Made by a program: the position numbers and the translations under genes | Shown: one piece after another, positions 1-12,901 of the stretch | Layout of the letters: each line of letters begins with the position of its first letter | How positions within the stretch are numbered: the stretch's first letter is position 1 | From: Octopus bimaculoides | Taxonomy: Eukaryota | DNA length: 64,000 bases | NCBI RefSeq assembly: GCF_001194135.2 | Contig: NC_068991.1 | Coordinates: 79,010,685 to 79,074,684 of the forward strand | Direction of reading: 5' to 3' | Notes under the pieces: generated by a model | Databases searched by the model: none | What the model saw: only the letters and a program-made list of their open reading frames with translations | Told to the model about the DNA's origin: nothing

Positions 1-46
<46 letters not shown>
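1..46. repeat. (TG)n microsatellite
   Basis: Read directly from the sequence. Confidence 0.95.
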
Positions 47-48
<2 letters not shown>

Positions 49-337
49 CATGTACGTATATATGTATGTGTGGTTAGAGAAATGCCAAACTGTTGCGTGT
101 TTCTACACAGTTAATCGATCCGTAAATAACAAACTTAGCAGTTCTCTTATTGAGATTAGTGTAACCCCAAGAGTTGCATTAAGTTAGAAATCTAATCAAT
201 TGGGAACAACACGTATTGTAAAAATTCTCCTCGATATCTAGGGAAACTGGTTGTGACCCGGATCCTAGAACTTTGACTCTGGATGGAAAATATTCGCGCA
301 CACCATGAATAATAATAACAACAACAATAATGAAAAT

Positions 338-478
338 AAGACCGGGAGATGTGTTGCAGATATAGTGAAAACCTGGTCCCTGTTTGTCCACAGCTTTAAC
401 AAACTGCTTCATAATGTCAAGTTTGATAGAGTTAAGGCAGGATGATTTGTCTCGGTCGAACTAAAACCTCTTCTACCA
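338..478 (-). mobile_element. Chapaev3-like (CMC) DNA transposase fragment, decayed
   Basis: With one stop and one frameshift it reads EEVLVRPRQIILP*LY/KLDIMKQFVKAVDKQGPGFHYICNTSPGL. This resembles the remembered motif EPLV..KIILPPLHIKLGLMKQFVKALDK..F.Y.C..FPGL. Confidence 0.65.
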
Positions 479-652
479 CATTAAAAAGACCCTGGGACTA
501 TTGTTACCTGCTGACGAGCGCAGGCAACATTATGCCTAGGTACAAGTCTGTATGTTTACCGAGAATGTGCAGTCAATTATACACACACGCGCACACACAC
601 GGACACATGTACACACACAAACACACACACAAGTACGGACGGGCGGACGGAC

Positions 653-714
<62 letters not shown>

Positions 715-1009
715 GGCCAAAAGTCACCTGACAGTAAATCAAAACCATTTAATTCCAAGATTTATTTATGTTTAACAACTGAATGAATTTAATAAAAACA
801 TCTAAATATGAAACATCATGAAAATAGTTCAAACTGAAGTCCTACTCAATACAAGATTACAGATAGTATTTATGGAATTTTGATTTACTGACGGGTGACT
901 TCTGGCCAGCCTTGTATATGCATTGCTCACATACAACAATGTAGAGAACCCTACCCACATGCAAGCGTACCGAAATATATACAAGCCTCTCGTCTTCCAT
1001 ATTTTACTT

Positions 1010-1425
1010 TGCATTTGTTTCAGTCACTGCACTGCAGCCATGTTGGCGGCACCGCCTTCAATATGTTTCGTGTCGAATAAATCACCCCAGAGTTTATTTT
1101 AGTCTAGTGGTTAATTTATCGGCCGAACAACTAGATTACGCGAACATAATAATATACTAATCAAATGGTGATGGACGAGGACGGACACAATGACACGCAC
1201 GCGCATACGCACGCGCACACGCACGCGCACACGCACGCGCACACGCACGCGCACTCACACACACACACACACAAATGCACTCACATGGTGCGCTTTCACA
1301 TACTTTCGCCCATATGCACCGACAATGTGTGGTTCGACTTGGGGCTACAGAAGAACGCACACCAGGTGACGTGCAGTGGGATTGAACCACAACTTATACG
1401 ATTAACTGCACAGCCATGCATGCTC
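1010..1425 (-). mobile_element. Diverged long SINE family B copy with an internal (CA)/(CG) microsatellite
   Basis: The tail module (GCCATG.TGG.GGCACCGCCTT) is at 1037-1060 and the head module (CAGTGGGATTGAACC) at 1375-1389, in the same order as 28657-29026. Confidence 0.55.
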
Positions 1426-1817
1426 CTATACTTTCGTAAACACCCTTATATACAGAATCAGTGAGTAATCCTTATACGGGTATTTGCTTATCAATACATT
1501 ATTGAAAGACATGTTGACTACTTCTATCATCAGAGATATGTGAAAATCTAATAACAAAATCGGGCTTCGATTGCAGCAATGGCAATTTTGCTTATTTTCC
1601 ATTTGCTCCAGATGTTGCGAAATAAAGAAACGATTGATCAGAGTAAATGCAATGATTACATATTTATATAATATCTATTAGCATGGCTTAACATGGAAAT
1701 CATTCTAAATATATTTGTGAACGACATATTGAGAACAAAGAAAAACGCTTAAGGCATAAATTTTACTCTGTGCATAGAAGAGAGCAAGCTAGTGAGTGAG
1801 GAGAGAATGAGAGAGAC

Positions 1818-1927
<110 letters not shown>

Positions 1928-2885
1928 TGTGTGTGCTTCGAACAGTTTTTTTAATGCATCTTAGTGTGTGGGTGTGGTGATGGTGTAAAAAGACTATTTT
2001 TTTTAACAAACTATCTCTGAAAGAATCTTGAAATCGGTTTTCTATGTGATAATATTGATTTCTTATACTAACAAGTAAATGTGCTGACTTATGCCTAGGT
2101 ACAAGTCTGTATGTTTACTGGGAATGTGCAGTCAATTATATCGATTCCAGCACTCGACTGTTAGTTTAATGTATCGATCCCGGAAAATGAAAGAACTCAT
2201 CAGCGGTGGGATTTGAATGTAGACCCACAAAAGGGATTCAACAAAACCTGAAGGTAAGGGCCATCTACAAATAAAGAAAAAACATTGTGCTGTAAGCGAT
2301 ATCGACTCTGCAAATCTGCTAATATCTTTTATACTTTATATGACACAAGGCAATGGTCTGATTAGTGAAAAATATAGTTTTGGGATTCTCAAACCATTTG
2401 ACTTAAGACACGATTCAATATTTCGATTCCTTACCTCTCAAAAGGAAAGCATAACAATACAGAAAATAAACAAGAGCAATACATGTGTTCCACCAATATC
2501 TGACGATGTTACTATATATATNNNNNNNNNNNNNNNNNNNNNNNNNNNNNNNNNNNNNNNNNNNNNNNNNNNNNNNNNNNNNNNNNNNNNNNNNNNNNNN
2601 NNNNNNNNNNNNNNNNNNNNNNNNNNNNNNNNNNNNNNNNNNNNNNNNNNNNNNNNNNNNNNNNNNNNNNNNNNNNNNNNNNNNNNNNNNNNNNNNNNNN
2701 NNNNNNNNNNNNNNNNNNNNNNNNNNNNNNNNNNNNNNNNNNNNNNNNNNNNNNNNNNNNNNNNNNNNNNNNNNNNNNNNNNNNNNNNNNNNNNNNNNNN
2801 NNNNNNNNNNNNNNNNNNNNNNNNNNNNNNNNNNNNNNNNNNNNNNNNNNNNNNNNNNNNNNNNNNNNNNNNGTACAGAAAAATA

Positions 2886-3097
2886 TTTTCTACTCTAGGC
2901 CCAAGGCCCGAAACTTTGGGGGAGGGGGCAGTCGATTAGATCGACCCCAGTACACAACTGGTACTTAATTTATCGACCTCGAATGGATGAAAGGAAAAGT
3001 CGACCTCGGCGGAATTTGAACTCAGAACATAGAGATAGATGAAATACCGCAAAGCATTTCGCCCAACGTGCCAACGTTTCTGCCAGTTCATCGCCTT
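2886..3097 (-). mobile_element. SINE family A, near full length
   Basis: Shares GGCG..CTGGCAGAAACGTT...GAGTTCAAATTCCGCCGAGGTCGACTTT.CCTTTCATCC..TCG.GGTCGATAAATTAAGTACCAG with many copies in the window. Confidence 0.85.
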
Positions 3098-3367
3098 AGA
3101 TATACAAACAAATATTAATCAGAGAATGAGTAAATATCGTACATCAGAGTCACAGTACGTGAATGTTAGACGAGGAAAATATAAGAGAAAAAATATCCAG
3201 ACAGCTAATGGTATAATTGACTAAAGGCAGCCATTTAGAAGTGAGACCAAAAAAAAAGGTTTCTTTCAGTTAGTGTATGTCTTTATATAGCACCTAGAAA
3301 TTCATCCACCTGAATACAACCATGTGGAGATACATGTCTCCACACCGAAATTCATAGACATATGTAC

Positions 3368-3432
3368 TCAAGCATTTATATATAAACGTTCAAGCATTTA
3401 TATATAAACGTTCAAGCATTTATATATAAACG
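3368..3432. repeat. 22-bp tandem repeat x3 (TCAAGCATTTATATATAAACGT)
   Basis: The units are exact, and each contains the palindrome TTTATATATAAA. Confidence 0.9.
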
Positions 3433-4193
3433 CGCGCACACACACATACACACAAACACGCACACACGTTTATCTCCGTAGTTCCATATTCCAGCTTGTG
3501 TCAAAAGTTTTTGAAGATTTTCATTGATGAATTTTGGCAACTTGCATCTCTGTGTTATATCATAATTTGATACAACTCGTTATCCAACCGTCGCCGTCTT
3601 CTTTCTGCTTTATTTTCATACTTATTATATAAAAAAATGTTTATCCTTTATTTTACAGCTTTGATAAAGAGCGGTGAAAAAATTGCAATTAGAGTCATTT
3701 CCTTTCTCTTTGGCAAAAAGGCCTGAGATGAAGGGCAGCAACAAAAGAAATTAATGATCTAGAAATTAATGATATATATATATATGCATATATATGTATA
3801 TATGCATATATATATATATATNNNNNNNNNNNNNNNNNNNNNNNNNNNNNNNNNNNNNNNNNNNNNNNNNNNNNNNNNNNNNNNNNNNNNNNNNNNNNNN
3901 NNNNNNNNNNNNNNNNNNNNNNNNNNNNNNNNNNNNNNNNNNNNNNNNNNNNNNNNNNNNNNNNNNNNNNNNNNNNNNNNNNNNNNNNNNNNNNNNNNNN
4001 NNNNNNNNNNNNNNNNNNNNNNNNNNNNNNNNNNNNNNNNNNNNNNNNNNNNNNNNNNNNNNNNNNNNNNNNNNNNNNNNNNNNNNNNNNNNNNNNNNNN
4101 NNNNNNNNNNNNNNNNNNNNNNNNNNNNNNNNNNNNNNNNNNNNNNNNNNNNNNNNNNNNNNNNNNNNNNNNNNNNNNNNNNNNNNNNNNNNN

Positions 4194-4231
<38 letters not shown>

Positions 4232-4372
4232 GTATTCATTTAGACTCTGGCTATACGGTTAGTAGTGTGCCGATCAAAGCACTCTCACTGTTTAGGCTAC
4301 CTGATGTCATCCACACTTGCGATATAATTGTCACTGGATCTACGGCAGGAGTTCCGCAGTGCTCGCTGAATT

Positions 4373-4978
4373 TATAATGAGTGAGGGGCACGGAAAATGG
4401 ATTTAACAAGAATCTTTATTCAACACAACGATCGTTTCGACCCGTCCTGCATCTGTCCTTTACACGTGGAAGATTGTGGTGCTAGTTGTGTTGCATCCGT
4501 CAATCCAAGCTGTGTCTCGTCGGGTGTTCTATTTAAATAAGACACGTCGCTACATATACTGAGCTTCGCTTGGCATATTGTGGTCGCCTGTAGTATGTTG
4601 GCTCCACTGACAGAGGATGGAAACAACTTCGGAGTTATAAGCCGTAGATGGGTCTGGCTATAATTTACAATGAATGCATAACATAAATTACAGTAATAAA
4701 AAAATAGAGAATGCCAGTCCACCGCCTAATAAGCCGGCCCAGCCATTCGTAACCGACAGTGGACTGGCTTCTTCTGCCTGCCTCTGATATGACCGTTTCG
4801 GTTGTTTATGATCACATCCAGTGACACATCCTTAACATTCATTTGCATTGATGGATGTAACACTACCAGATGTACAATGTCCCACCTGAAAGGGACAGAT
4901 GCAAGATGGGTCGAACCGGTCGTTGTGTTGAGTAAAAATTCTTGCTAAATCCATTTTCCCTCTCCCTAATTCATTATA
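4373..4978. mobile_element. 606-bp element with 105-bp imperfect terminal inverted repeats (MITE-like, or an inverted Penelope pseudo-LTR)
   Basis: 4373-4477 and the reverse complement of 4874-4978 align without gaps, with 17 mismatches by hand count (about 84% identity). Both ends are TA-rich and the right end runs into (TA)n. Confidence 0.8.
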
Positions 4979-5015
4979 TATATATATATTCAATCTGTGT
5001 GTGTGTTTGTGTTTG

Positions 5016-5046
<31 letters not shown>

Positions 5047-5107
5047 AAACACACAAATACATTGAATATATATATGTGTGTGTATGTGGTGTTTATAAAA
5101 TATATAT

Positions 5108-5168
<61 letters not shown>

Positions 5169-6012
5169 CATACATACATACATACAAACATATTTATAAA
5201 TCCCGATGACTTTTAAGAAACTATTCAGATACGCTCACATAATACACACCGAAAACGTGTTTCCAGTTTGAACGGAGAAGTGTGTGTTATTGTTTTATGC
5301 CATGTTTTAGTAACATCACTCTCCTTCTTATTAAGATGTTTTCTATGGAAAAACCATGCCGACCTTATATTGGCGATGTATATGAAGACATTGTCACAGT
5401 AAGGAAAGACTAGCAAATGTTTAAAGTAGTCGTCAGCTTAGGAACTGATGTAGTGAATTTAACTTACTTGACAACTGACGATAAAATTGAAAGGGTAGCT
5501 TCACTTTGAAGAATTATTTGGCTTTAAGTAACGTTGGAAGTATCTTAACGAACAAAGAGACTGACTTCTTTCTAGCAGCAGAAATCTTGTTGAATATGCT
5601 TCCATCTTTCTAAACTCATTTTGAAATTGACATACCAACTCGTTCTTACTCGAATATTATCCGCATTGAAGCTACGTATAAGTCGTACGTATTCTTGTTT
5701 TATCCTCAGATATACTAGACTTAATAGACAGAATTTTAGGAAGCAAAATTCTTCATTTTTAGATGTCGGTTTTAAGATTAAAGAATGGTTTGCACCTAAG
5801 TAATTCTACATCTTGTTTGATGGATGCTGTTTGACAAGGAAAATAGATGAGAGACGCGCAGTCGGACTCGATGTTTTCAATGGTGAGTAGATTTCGTATA
5901 TAAATAAAGTTATCCTTGCTCTTTGAGAAAAATCTTCGTAATCCAGCCTTCGTTTACTAGATTCTTTTTCTGAGCTCTCTTTAGTCATCACAGATTATAC
6001 ACACACGCGCGG

Positions 6013-6115
6013 ACACACACACAGACGTACGCTTACAATAACACACACACACACAGACGTACGCTTACAATAACACACACACACACAGACGTACGCTTAC
6101 AATAACACACACACA
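6013..6115. repeat. 32-bp minisatellite (ACAGACGTACGCTTACAATA + (AC)n) running into a gap
   Basis: Units start at 6021, 6053 and 6085. Confidence 0.9.
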
Positions 6116-6325
6116 NNNNNNNNNNNNNNNNNNNNNNNNNNNNNNNNNNNNNNNNNNNNNNNNNNNNNNNNNNNNNNNNNNNNNNNNNNNNNNNNNNNNN
6201 NNNNNNNNNNNNNNNNNNNNNNNNNNNNNNNNNNNNNNNNNNNNNNNNNNNNNNNNNNNNNNNNNNNNNNNNNNNNNNNNNNNNNNNNNNNNNNNNNNNN
6301 NNNNNNNNNNNNNNNNNNNNNNNNN

Positions 6326-6543
6326 AGAAACGTTAGCACGCCGGGCGAAATGCTTGGCGGTATTTCGTCTGCCGCTACGTTCTGAGTTCAAATTCCGCCG
6401 AGGTCGACTTTGCCTTTCATCCTTTCGGGGTCGATTAAATAAGTACCAGTTACGCACTGGGGTCGATATAATCGACTTAATCCGTTTGTCTGTCTTTGTT
6501 TGTCCCCTATGTGTGTAGCCCCTTGTGGGTAGTAAAGAAATAA
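6326..6543 (+). mobile_element. SINE family A (5' end lies in the gap)
   Basis: Contains the B-box-like GAGTTCAAATTCC and the same central domain as 2886-3097. Confidence 0.85.
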
Positions 6544-6579
6544 CACACACATATATATATATATATATATACATATACA

Positions 6580-6744
6580 CGACGGGCTTCTTTCAGTTTC
6601 CGTCTACCAAATCCATTCACAAGGCTTTGGTCAGCGCGAGGCTATAGTAGAAGACACTTACCCAATGTGTCACGCAGAGGGACTGAACCCAGAATCATGC
6701 GGTTGGTAAGCTAGCGACTTACTACACACACACTCCTGCGCTTA
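6580..6744 (-). mobile_element. tRNA-derived SINE family B, 5' module
   Basis: The minus strand reads GCGCAGGAGTG...GGTTCAGTCCC (A/B-box-like), then the body ...GGTAGACGGAAACTGAAAGAAGCCCGTCG, then a microsatellite. Confidence 0.8.
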
Positions 6745-8335
6745 TATATAGATATATATTCTTTTGCGTGTGGATGTGTGTGTATGTTTATATCCATCTA
6801 CCAATTTCTAGCAAACTCTCTTCCCACCTCTGTCTGTCTGTCTCTCTCTATATATACACACATATATATATTTATTTATAGTTTTGCATATAATATATTA
6901 GTTACAGAATACTTTTAGTAAAAATATACATCATTGAAACAAATTCTTCTATAAAATACATGTGCCTCTATCCCCCCCCCCCCGGTACACACACGTTCAC
7001 ACGTTCACACGCAGACGCACACACACATGAATGCACGCACGCGCACACATACACACACACGCTCGCACACATGGCCGCAAACACATATTCTTTCTTCAAT
7101 TGGCTGTCAGCAAATATGCTCCATTCTTTTTTTTTTGTTTGTTTGTTAGTCTTATACTTTTAATTAAGAATTGTTTTCGCTTTTGCCCATTTTGGGTTCT
7201 TATATTTCGTTCAGAAAATTTATTCTTCGGTAAAAGCGAAAGAAAAATATACTCAACAGAGTTTTATTTATTCTAGCTTACAGTAAACACAGCTATAAAG
7301 TCAGACACTAAAATATTTTCACACAGATGATCAGCCCAGGAGGGTCTCGAAGCTCGGAGAGATACAGAAAATTTATTATTTCGATCCAAGCACAACATAA
7401 AAATACTCATAAAAGAACTGCGAAAGTAATGCTAAAACTGGAACATAGTCTTTAAGTATAAAAGTATGTATTATTTGAGTGTATATATGTGTGCATTTTT
7501 ATGATTGTGCATATTCTTGTGTTTAGGCGTATGATATAAGTTTTATAAATTAAAATACTGGCATTCATTCACGCACATACAAATACACACACATACACAC
7601 ACACACACACACACACATGTATTGAAATAAGCACAAGGCGTGTGTGTATATTTATCACACACAGCGGCGTATATTGGAATACCTGTAGAAGCTAACTTCA
7701 CATGCCTATGCTCACGCAAGGAGATATAAACTGATATACTTTGCTAAAAAGAGAAAAGAACGAAACAATCCACTTTATCTCTGTAAACCTCCTTACTGCC
7801 AATGGAAAGTAGTTAATATTTCGAATATTGAATTCTTATGTTGAAAGTATTTTAAAAGGAGCCAAAAAAGTGTGTTCTGACATGTATTTCATATTTCCTG
7901 TCATCAGCATCTTAAAAGAAGGCATTTATCTTCTAATCGATTTGGAGAATACGCAGAAGTTACTTCTTGTTCCAAAATGGATCTTCAATCCATTACGTAG
8001 ATTAGTATTCGATGTTTAGATCAGGCGGATGACGTACTCTTTGAATGAATGTGTGGAAACACGGGCAGATACCTTCTAAACGTTATTCTTGGAAAGAATC
8101 TTCCTAACACAGCATGTAACAAAGTGGCATCTTTGAAATGGAGATAAAATCGATTCAGCAGGCTTCCAGGTAGTCTCCGCCTACTTATTTTCACTCCCAA
8201 GCATTGAGTTTGCTAGACGTTACAATAAAAAACACTAAAGACATACTGCCAGTGGTATCGAACCGGAAACCTTATGACTGCAAAGTCAATAATTAACTTG
8301 CTTTCACAATATGCATTTATATGAAGTAATAATAC

Positions 8336-8520
8336 TTTTTACTATATGCACAAACCTTGTAATTTTGGGGGAGGGGTTAAGTTGATTACTTCGACCCCAG
8401 TACTCAACTAGTAATTTATCGAAGCCTAAAGGATGACAGGCACAGTCAAACCCAGCGAAATTTGAAATCAGAACGTACTGACGGACGAAATGCCGCTAAA
8501 CATTTTGCCAGCGAGCCGCC
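8336..8520 (-). mobile_element. SINE family A, diverged
   Basis: Similar to 2886-3097 (TCGACCCCAGTAC, AAAGGATGA, GAAATTTGAAATCAGAACG). Confidence 0.7.
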
Positions 8521-9518
8521 TTTTTATATGAATAATAATTATTTCTTATATTGTGATGATTTTATAATCGGAAAATAATCCAAATTGGATGTCTCTACTC
8601 AGGTGTTTCATCTGCTAACTGTATCAGCTGTTTGTCCCTCAATGCACATTCAAAAAATAAAAAAACAGGACCGCCACTGGCGAAACGAAAGGATCAAATG
8701 TCTTCGATCTGGTGCTATCCAGCAGCAACAATGTTTCAGTGGGTTTACAAACGGTTATCGGTCTCAAAGGTTATCGGAACAATACTAGACTTTAAAATTA
8801 GAAAAGGGGTCTATTATTTTGACTAATCTCTAATCCTATGTATCTGTCCTCCAGCATGGCCGCAGTCCAATGACTAAAACAAGCAATGAAGTAAGAGAGA
8901 ATTGTAGAAAATTAACAAAAATGCAAAGCTGATAGCTTGACAACTTGATTTTCATAGCAATTACTTTTTACGAAAGAACATGCTGTACATTACATAACTC
9001 TTATTACGAATATACAGGATATCCGATATTCAGATGGTTATGCACACATCATTCTTCCACTAACTTCATTCACTGGTCTGCGGCTAAGATGGAGCGTCAC
9101 TTCCAAGGATTCCATTCAACCATAATCACATCAGTATTACAACTAGCCTCGTACTTATTACACTGCCTTAAATTTAAAACTAGGCTATTTTAAATTTGAT
9201 AGAAAGCATCACATTTAATCGCAACTCTTTTACACACATACGTACCTTGATACATACATGAAAGCATACATGCATAGATACATAGATGAGCTGTCGGTTA
9301 TATTTCTTCTTCGCTGAACTTTCCGTTTTCCTTTCTGACGAAGCGCTGAGATAGAAACGTCCAAATCTCTCTTCACCGAGCGTCAAACTAATACATTGCA
9401 TGTGTACGTCCTTTCGTTGTTTGTTATTCGATTTCACTATACATACATACATACATACATATACATATATACATACATACACACACACACACATNNNNNN
9501 NNNNNNNNNNNNNNNNNN

Positions 9519-9549
<31 letters not shown>

Positions 9550-10052
9550 TCGTTTTGCAAGATCCTTGATGTGAATTAATTCGTGTGTTGAAACAGATAT
9601 TTTTGTATTTGCGCATGTGAATATCCCTGTGTGTGTCTATGTTTAGTAAGTCTGTGTGTGTATATAATACATAGACACACACACGTACTAAACATAGACA
9701 CACAGAGATATACACATGCGCAAATAAAAACACATACAATAAGAATACTAAATGGCAGATCGTTAGTAAGGAGAGAAACAAAAAAGAAAGAAGAAAACAA
9801 AGGACCATTGATTAGGTTACAGAAATGTGACGAAAGAACTCTGGCCAAAATACGGCTAATATAGAATGAAGCTACAGCAAGTGAACGCCAAATATATAGT
9901 GCGTGTTTTCATTGGCTAAACTGGCAACATGACCATCCCCAAATAAACAATATATATATATGTACAGTTTTATATTTAAGAGATGAGGAATTATGCACAT
10001 TATTTACATTATTTACATTTGTTGGATATTTGTCCTCATCTTGTTTGTTGTT

Positions 10053-10098
10053 AACACAACGTTTCGGCTGATATACCCTCCAGCCTTCATCAGGTGTC
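10053..10098 (-). ncRNA. Minimal type I hammerhead ribozyme motif (Penelope-like element type)
   Basis: GACAC-CUGAUGA-A-GGCUG(GAGGGUAUAU)CAGCC-GAAACGUU^GUGUU: 5-bp stem I, 5-bp stem II, palindromic ACGU stem III, intact core. Confidence 0.7.
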
Positions 10099-11943
10099 TT
10101 GGGGAAATTTCGAACCTGGGTTCTCATTCCTAAGGTTTTATTTTATTTATATAAATCGTTATGCAAACTCTGTGTGCGTGTGTTTATATAATACATAGCC
10201 ACATAAGTATATCCGTTAAATAATGTGATATGTGGTAGGTCTGGATGCTTTTTCTAGTTACTTGAACGAACACGTAATGCAGTGATGTTCACGATTGTAA
10301 AATTTAGAAAATATTTGAATATATTTGTTGTTGTTATATTTCTTAATTGCCTTTTTCGTTTAAAAAGTATTCGTTATATACTTTATTATGGTCCATTTTA
10401 TTATATTTTCTGCACAAAAGCTTAGATCAACTTTATAGAAAATTTCATTTTTACTTCGCTGAATCCGCCGAGAAAAAACCTCAAATAACGCACAAACAAA
10501 TAAACCGAGCGGAAAAAATATTTCAGCTTTTATTTTCTTTCTCTTTTTTTTTTTTTTTTTNNNNNNNNNNTTTTTTTTTTTTTTTACTGCTGTCTGCTAT
10601 GACTGACCCAACCCAAGATATAAGGTATGTTTCTTGTAATAACACATCGACATCTTTAACATCTCGTACGTTTATTGAAGAAACAATCAACACACGACGA
10701 TTACAGTGCTTCATCTAATTAAGATTTGTGGTATTGTCTTTTTCTAGATAGCGATTATGACCGGGACAAATACATAGATTTTGAAATGTAAATTCGGTAA
10801 CACACACGCACAAGAACACACACACATACACTCGCACACACACTTAAATACACACATGCGCACAAACATACACGCACTCACACTCACATACACACACCTA
10901 GCCATACATATACGTCTGAATGTACGTCTATATGAAATGTAAACCTACATATATACACATACACACACGCACATATATATATGTATATATATATTTCTAT
11001 ATATATGTATGTATATATATATATATATATATATACATACATATATGCATATGCATGTATATATATACATGTATATATATATATATATATATATNNNNNN
11101 NNNNNNNNNNNNNNNNNNNNNNNNNNNNNNNNNNNNNNNNNNNNNNNNNNNNNNNNNNNNNNNNNNNNNNNNNNNNNNNNNNNNNNNNNNNNNNNNNNNN
11201 NNNNNNNNNNNNNNNNNNNNNNNNNNNNNNNNNNNNNNNNNNNNNNNNNNNNNNNNNNNNNNNNNNNNNNNNNNNNNNNNNNNNNNNNNNNNNNNNNNNN
11301 NNNNNNNNNNNNNNNNNNNNNNNNNNNNNNNNNNNNNNNNNNNNNNNNNNNNNNNNNNNNNNNNNNNNNNNNNNNNNNNNNNNNNNNNNNNNNNNNNNNN
11401 NNNNNNNNNNNNNNNNNNNNNNNNNNNNNNNNNNNNNNNNNNNNNNNNNNNNNNNNNNNNNNNNNNNNNNNNNNNNNNNNNNNNNNNNNNNNNNNNNNNN
11501 NNNNNNNNNNNNNNNNNNNNNNNNNNNNNNNNNNNNNNNNNNNNNNNNNNNNNNNNNNNNNNNNNNNNNNNNNNNNNNNNNNNNNNNNNNNNNNNNNNNN
11601 NNNNNNNNNNNNNNNNNNNNNNNNNNNNNNNNNNNNNNNNNNNNNNNNNNNNNNNNNNNNNNNNNNNNNNNNNNNNNNNNNNNNNNNNNNNNNNNNNNNN
11701 NNNNNNNNNNNNNNNNNNNNNNNNNNNNNNNNNNNNNNNNNNNNNNNNNNNNNNNNNNNNNNNNNNNNNNNNNNNNNNNNNNNNNNNNNNNNNNNNNNNN
11801 NNNNNNNNNNNNNNNNNNNNNNNNNNNNNNNNNNNNNNNNNNNNNNNNNNNNNNNNNNNNNNNNNNNNNNNNNNNNNNNNNNNNNNNNNNNNNNNNNNNN
11901 NNNNNNNNNNNNNNNNNNNNNNNNNNNNNNNNNNNNNNNNNNN

Positions 11944-11988
<45 letters not shown>

Positions 11989-12867
11989 GTATGTATGTAT
12001 TGCTTAGTGGTTAGGGCATTCGGCTCACGATCGTTAGTTCAATCCCCGGCAACGTGCGTAGGTGTTTGCACAACGGTGTATTTCATGAGGGTACAGAGTT
12101 AATTAGTGTACGGTTGTGGGGTGGTGGAGGAGAGTCAGTAAAAGTTGCCAGGTGTGAGTGAATGTGTGAAGGGTTGGATGTAGATGAGAGGAGACTAATT
12201 AAGACCTTTAGGAGTACAGGGATGGAAAGAGAAAATTAATTCCTGCTCTCTGCGTAGCCGGGAGTCCGGGTGGCCCCTGTACAAGGACAGTCCGAACACA
12301 GACATTCTGTAGCGAATGACAGGTCGGGCGAAATGGCACGAGATCAATGTGTCATTGCCGAGTTTGATGTCCCGGAATGTATGCATTATAAGCGCCTGTG
12401 TATGTCTGTGTGTGTAAAATTTAAAATTCATGAAATAGATTTAATAGAAGATAAGACAAATAAGTTATTTTCTCTAAGCTAATCATAAAAAAAAAATGTT
12501 TTATTTTCAGAAAACGATTTCATTTCTGCATTACTTTGTGTTATTGTGCCATTCAATATAGATATAATTAACATTCACATAGATTTTTATAAACCAGAAT
12601 TAAATAGGCAAAATTCTGAAATGAAAAGTTAACAGGTAGGGTTTATGGTTGTCAATAAAGATATAATATCAATCAATCAAATTAATATCTTCTATGTAGT
12701 ATGAACACAAGATAAAACGAGTTCAGGCTTCTAACAATTATATCAAGTCATAGTTAACTCAGTCTCGTACGTACACGGATCATTGTGTTAGTGTAGACTT
12801 CTCGAAAAATGGAATATATAGATAAGTGCCATTGTGACAGGAGGTATGCAATCACATACACACACAC

Positions 12868-12901
<34 letters not shown>

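Noticed and set aside
4420-4722. ORF containing LITPKLF as the missing TM7 exon
   Set aside because: It lies inside the inverted-repeat element and has no surrounding mGluR similarity.
4713-4768. 10-bp stem enclosing CTAATAA...CGTAAC as another hammerhead
   Set aside because: It has several core mutations and no stem II or stem III.
7850-8080. VPKWIFNP, resembling the hAT/Charlie motif PDW..NPF
   Set aside because: A single short motif that cannot be supported without a database search.
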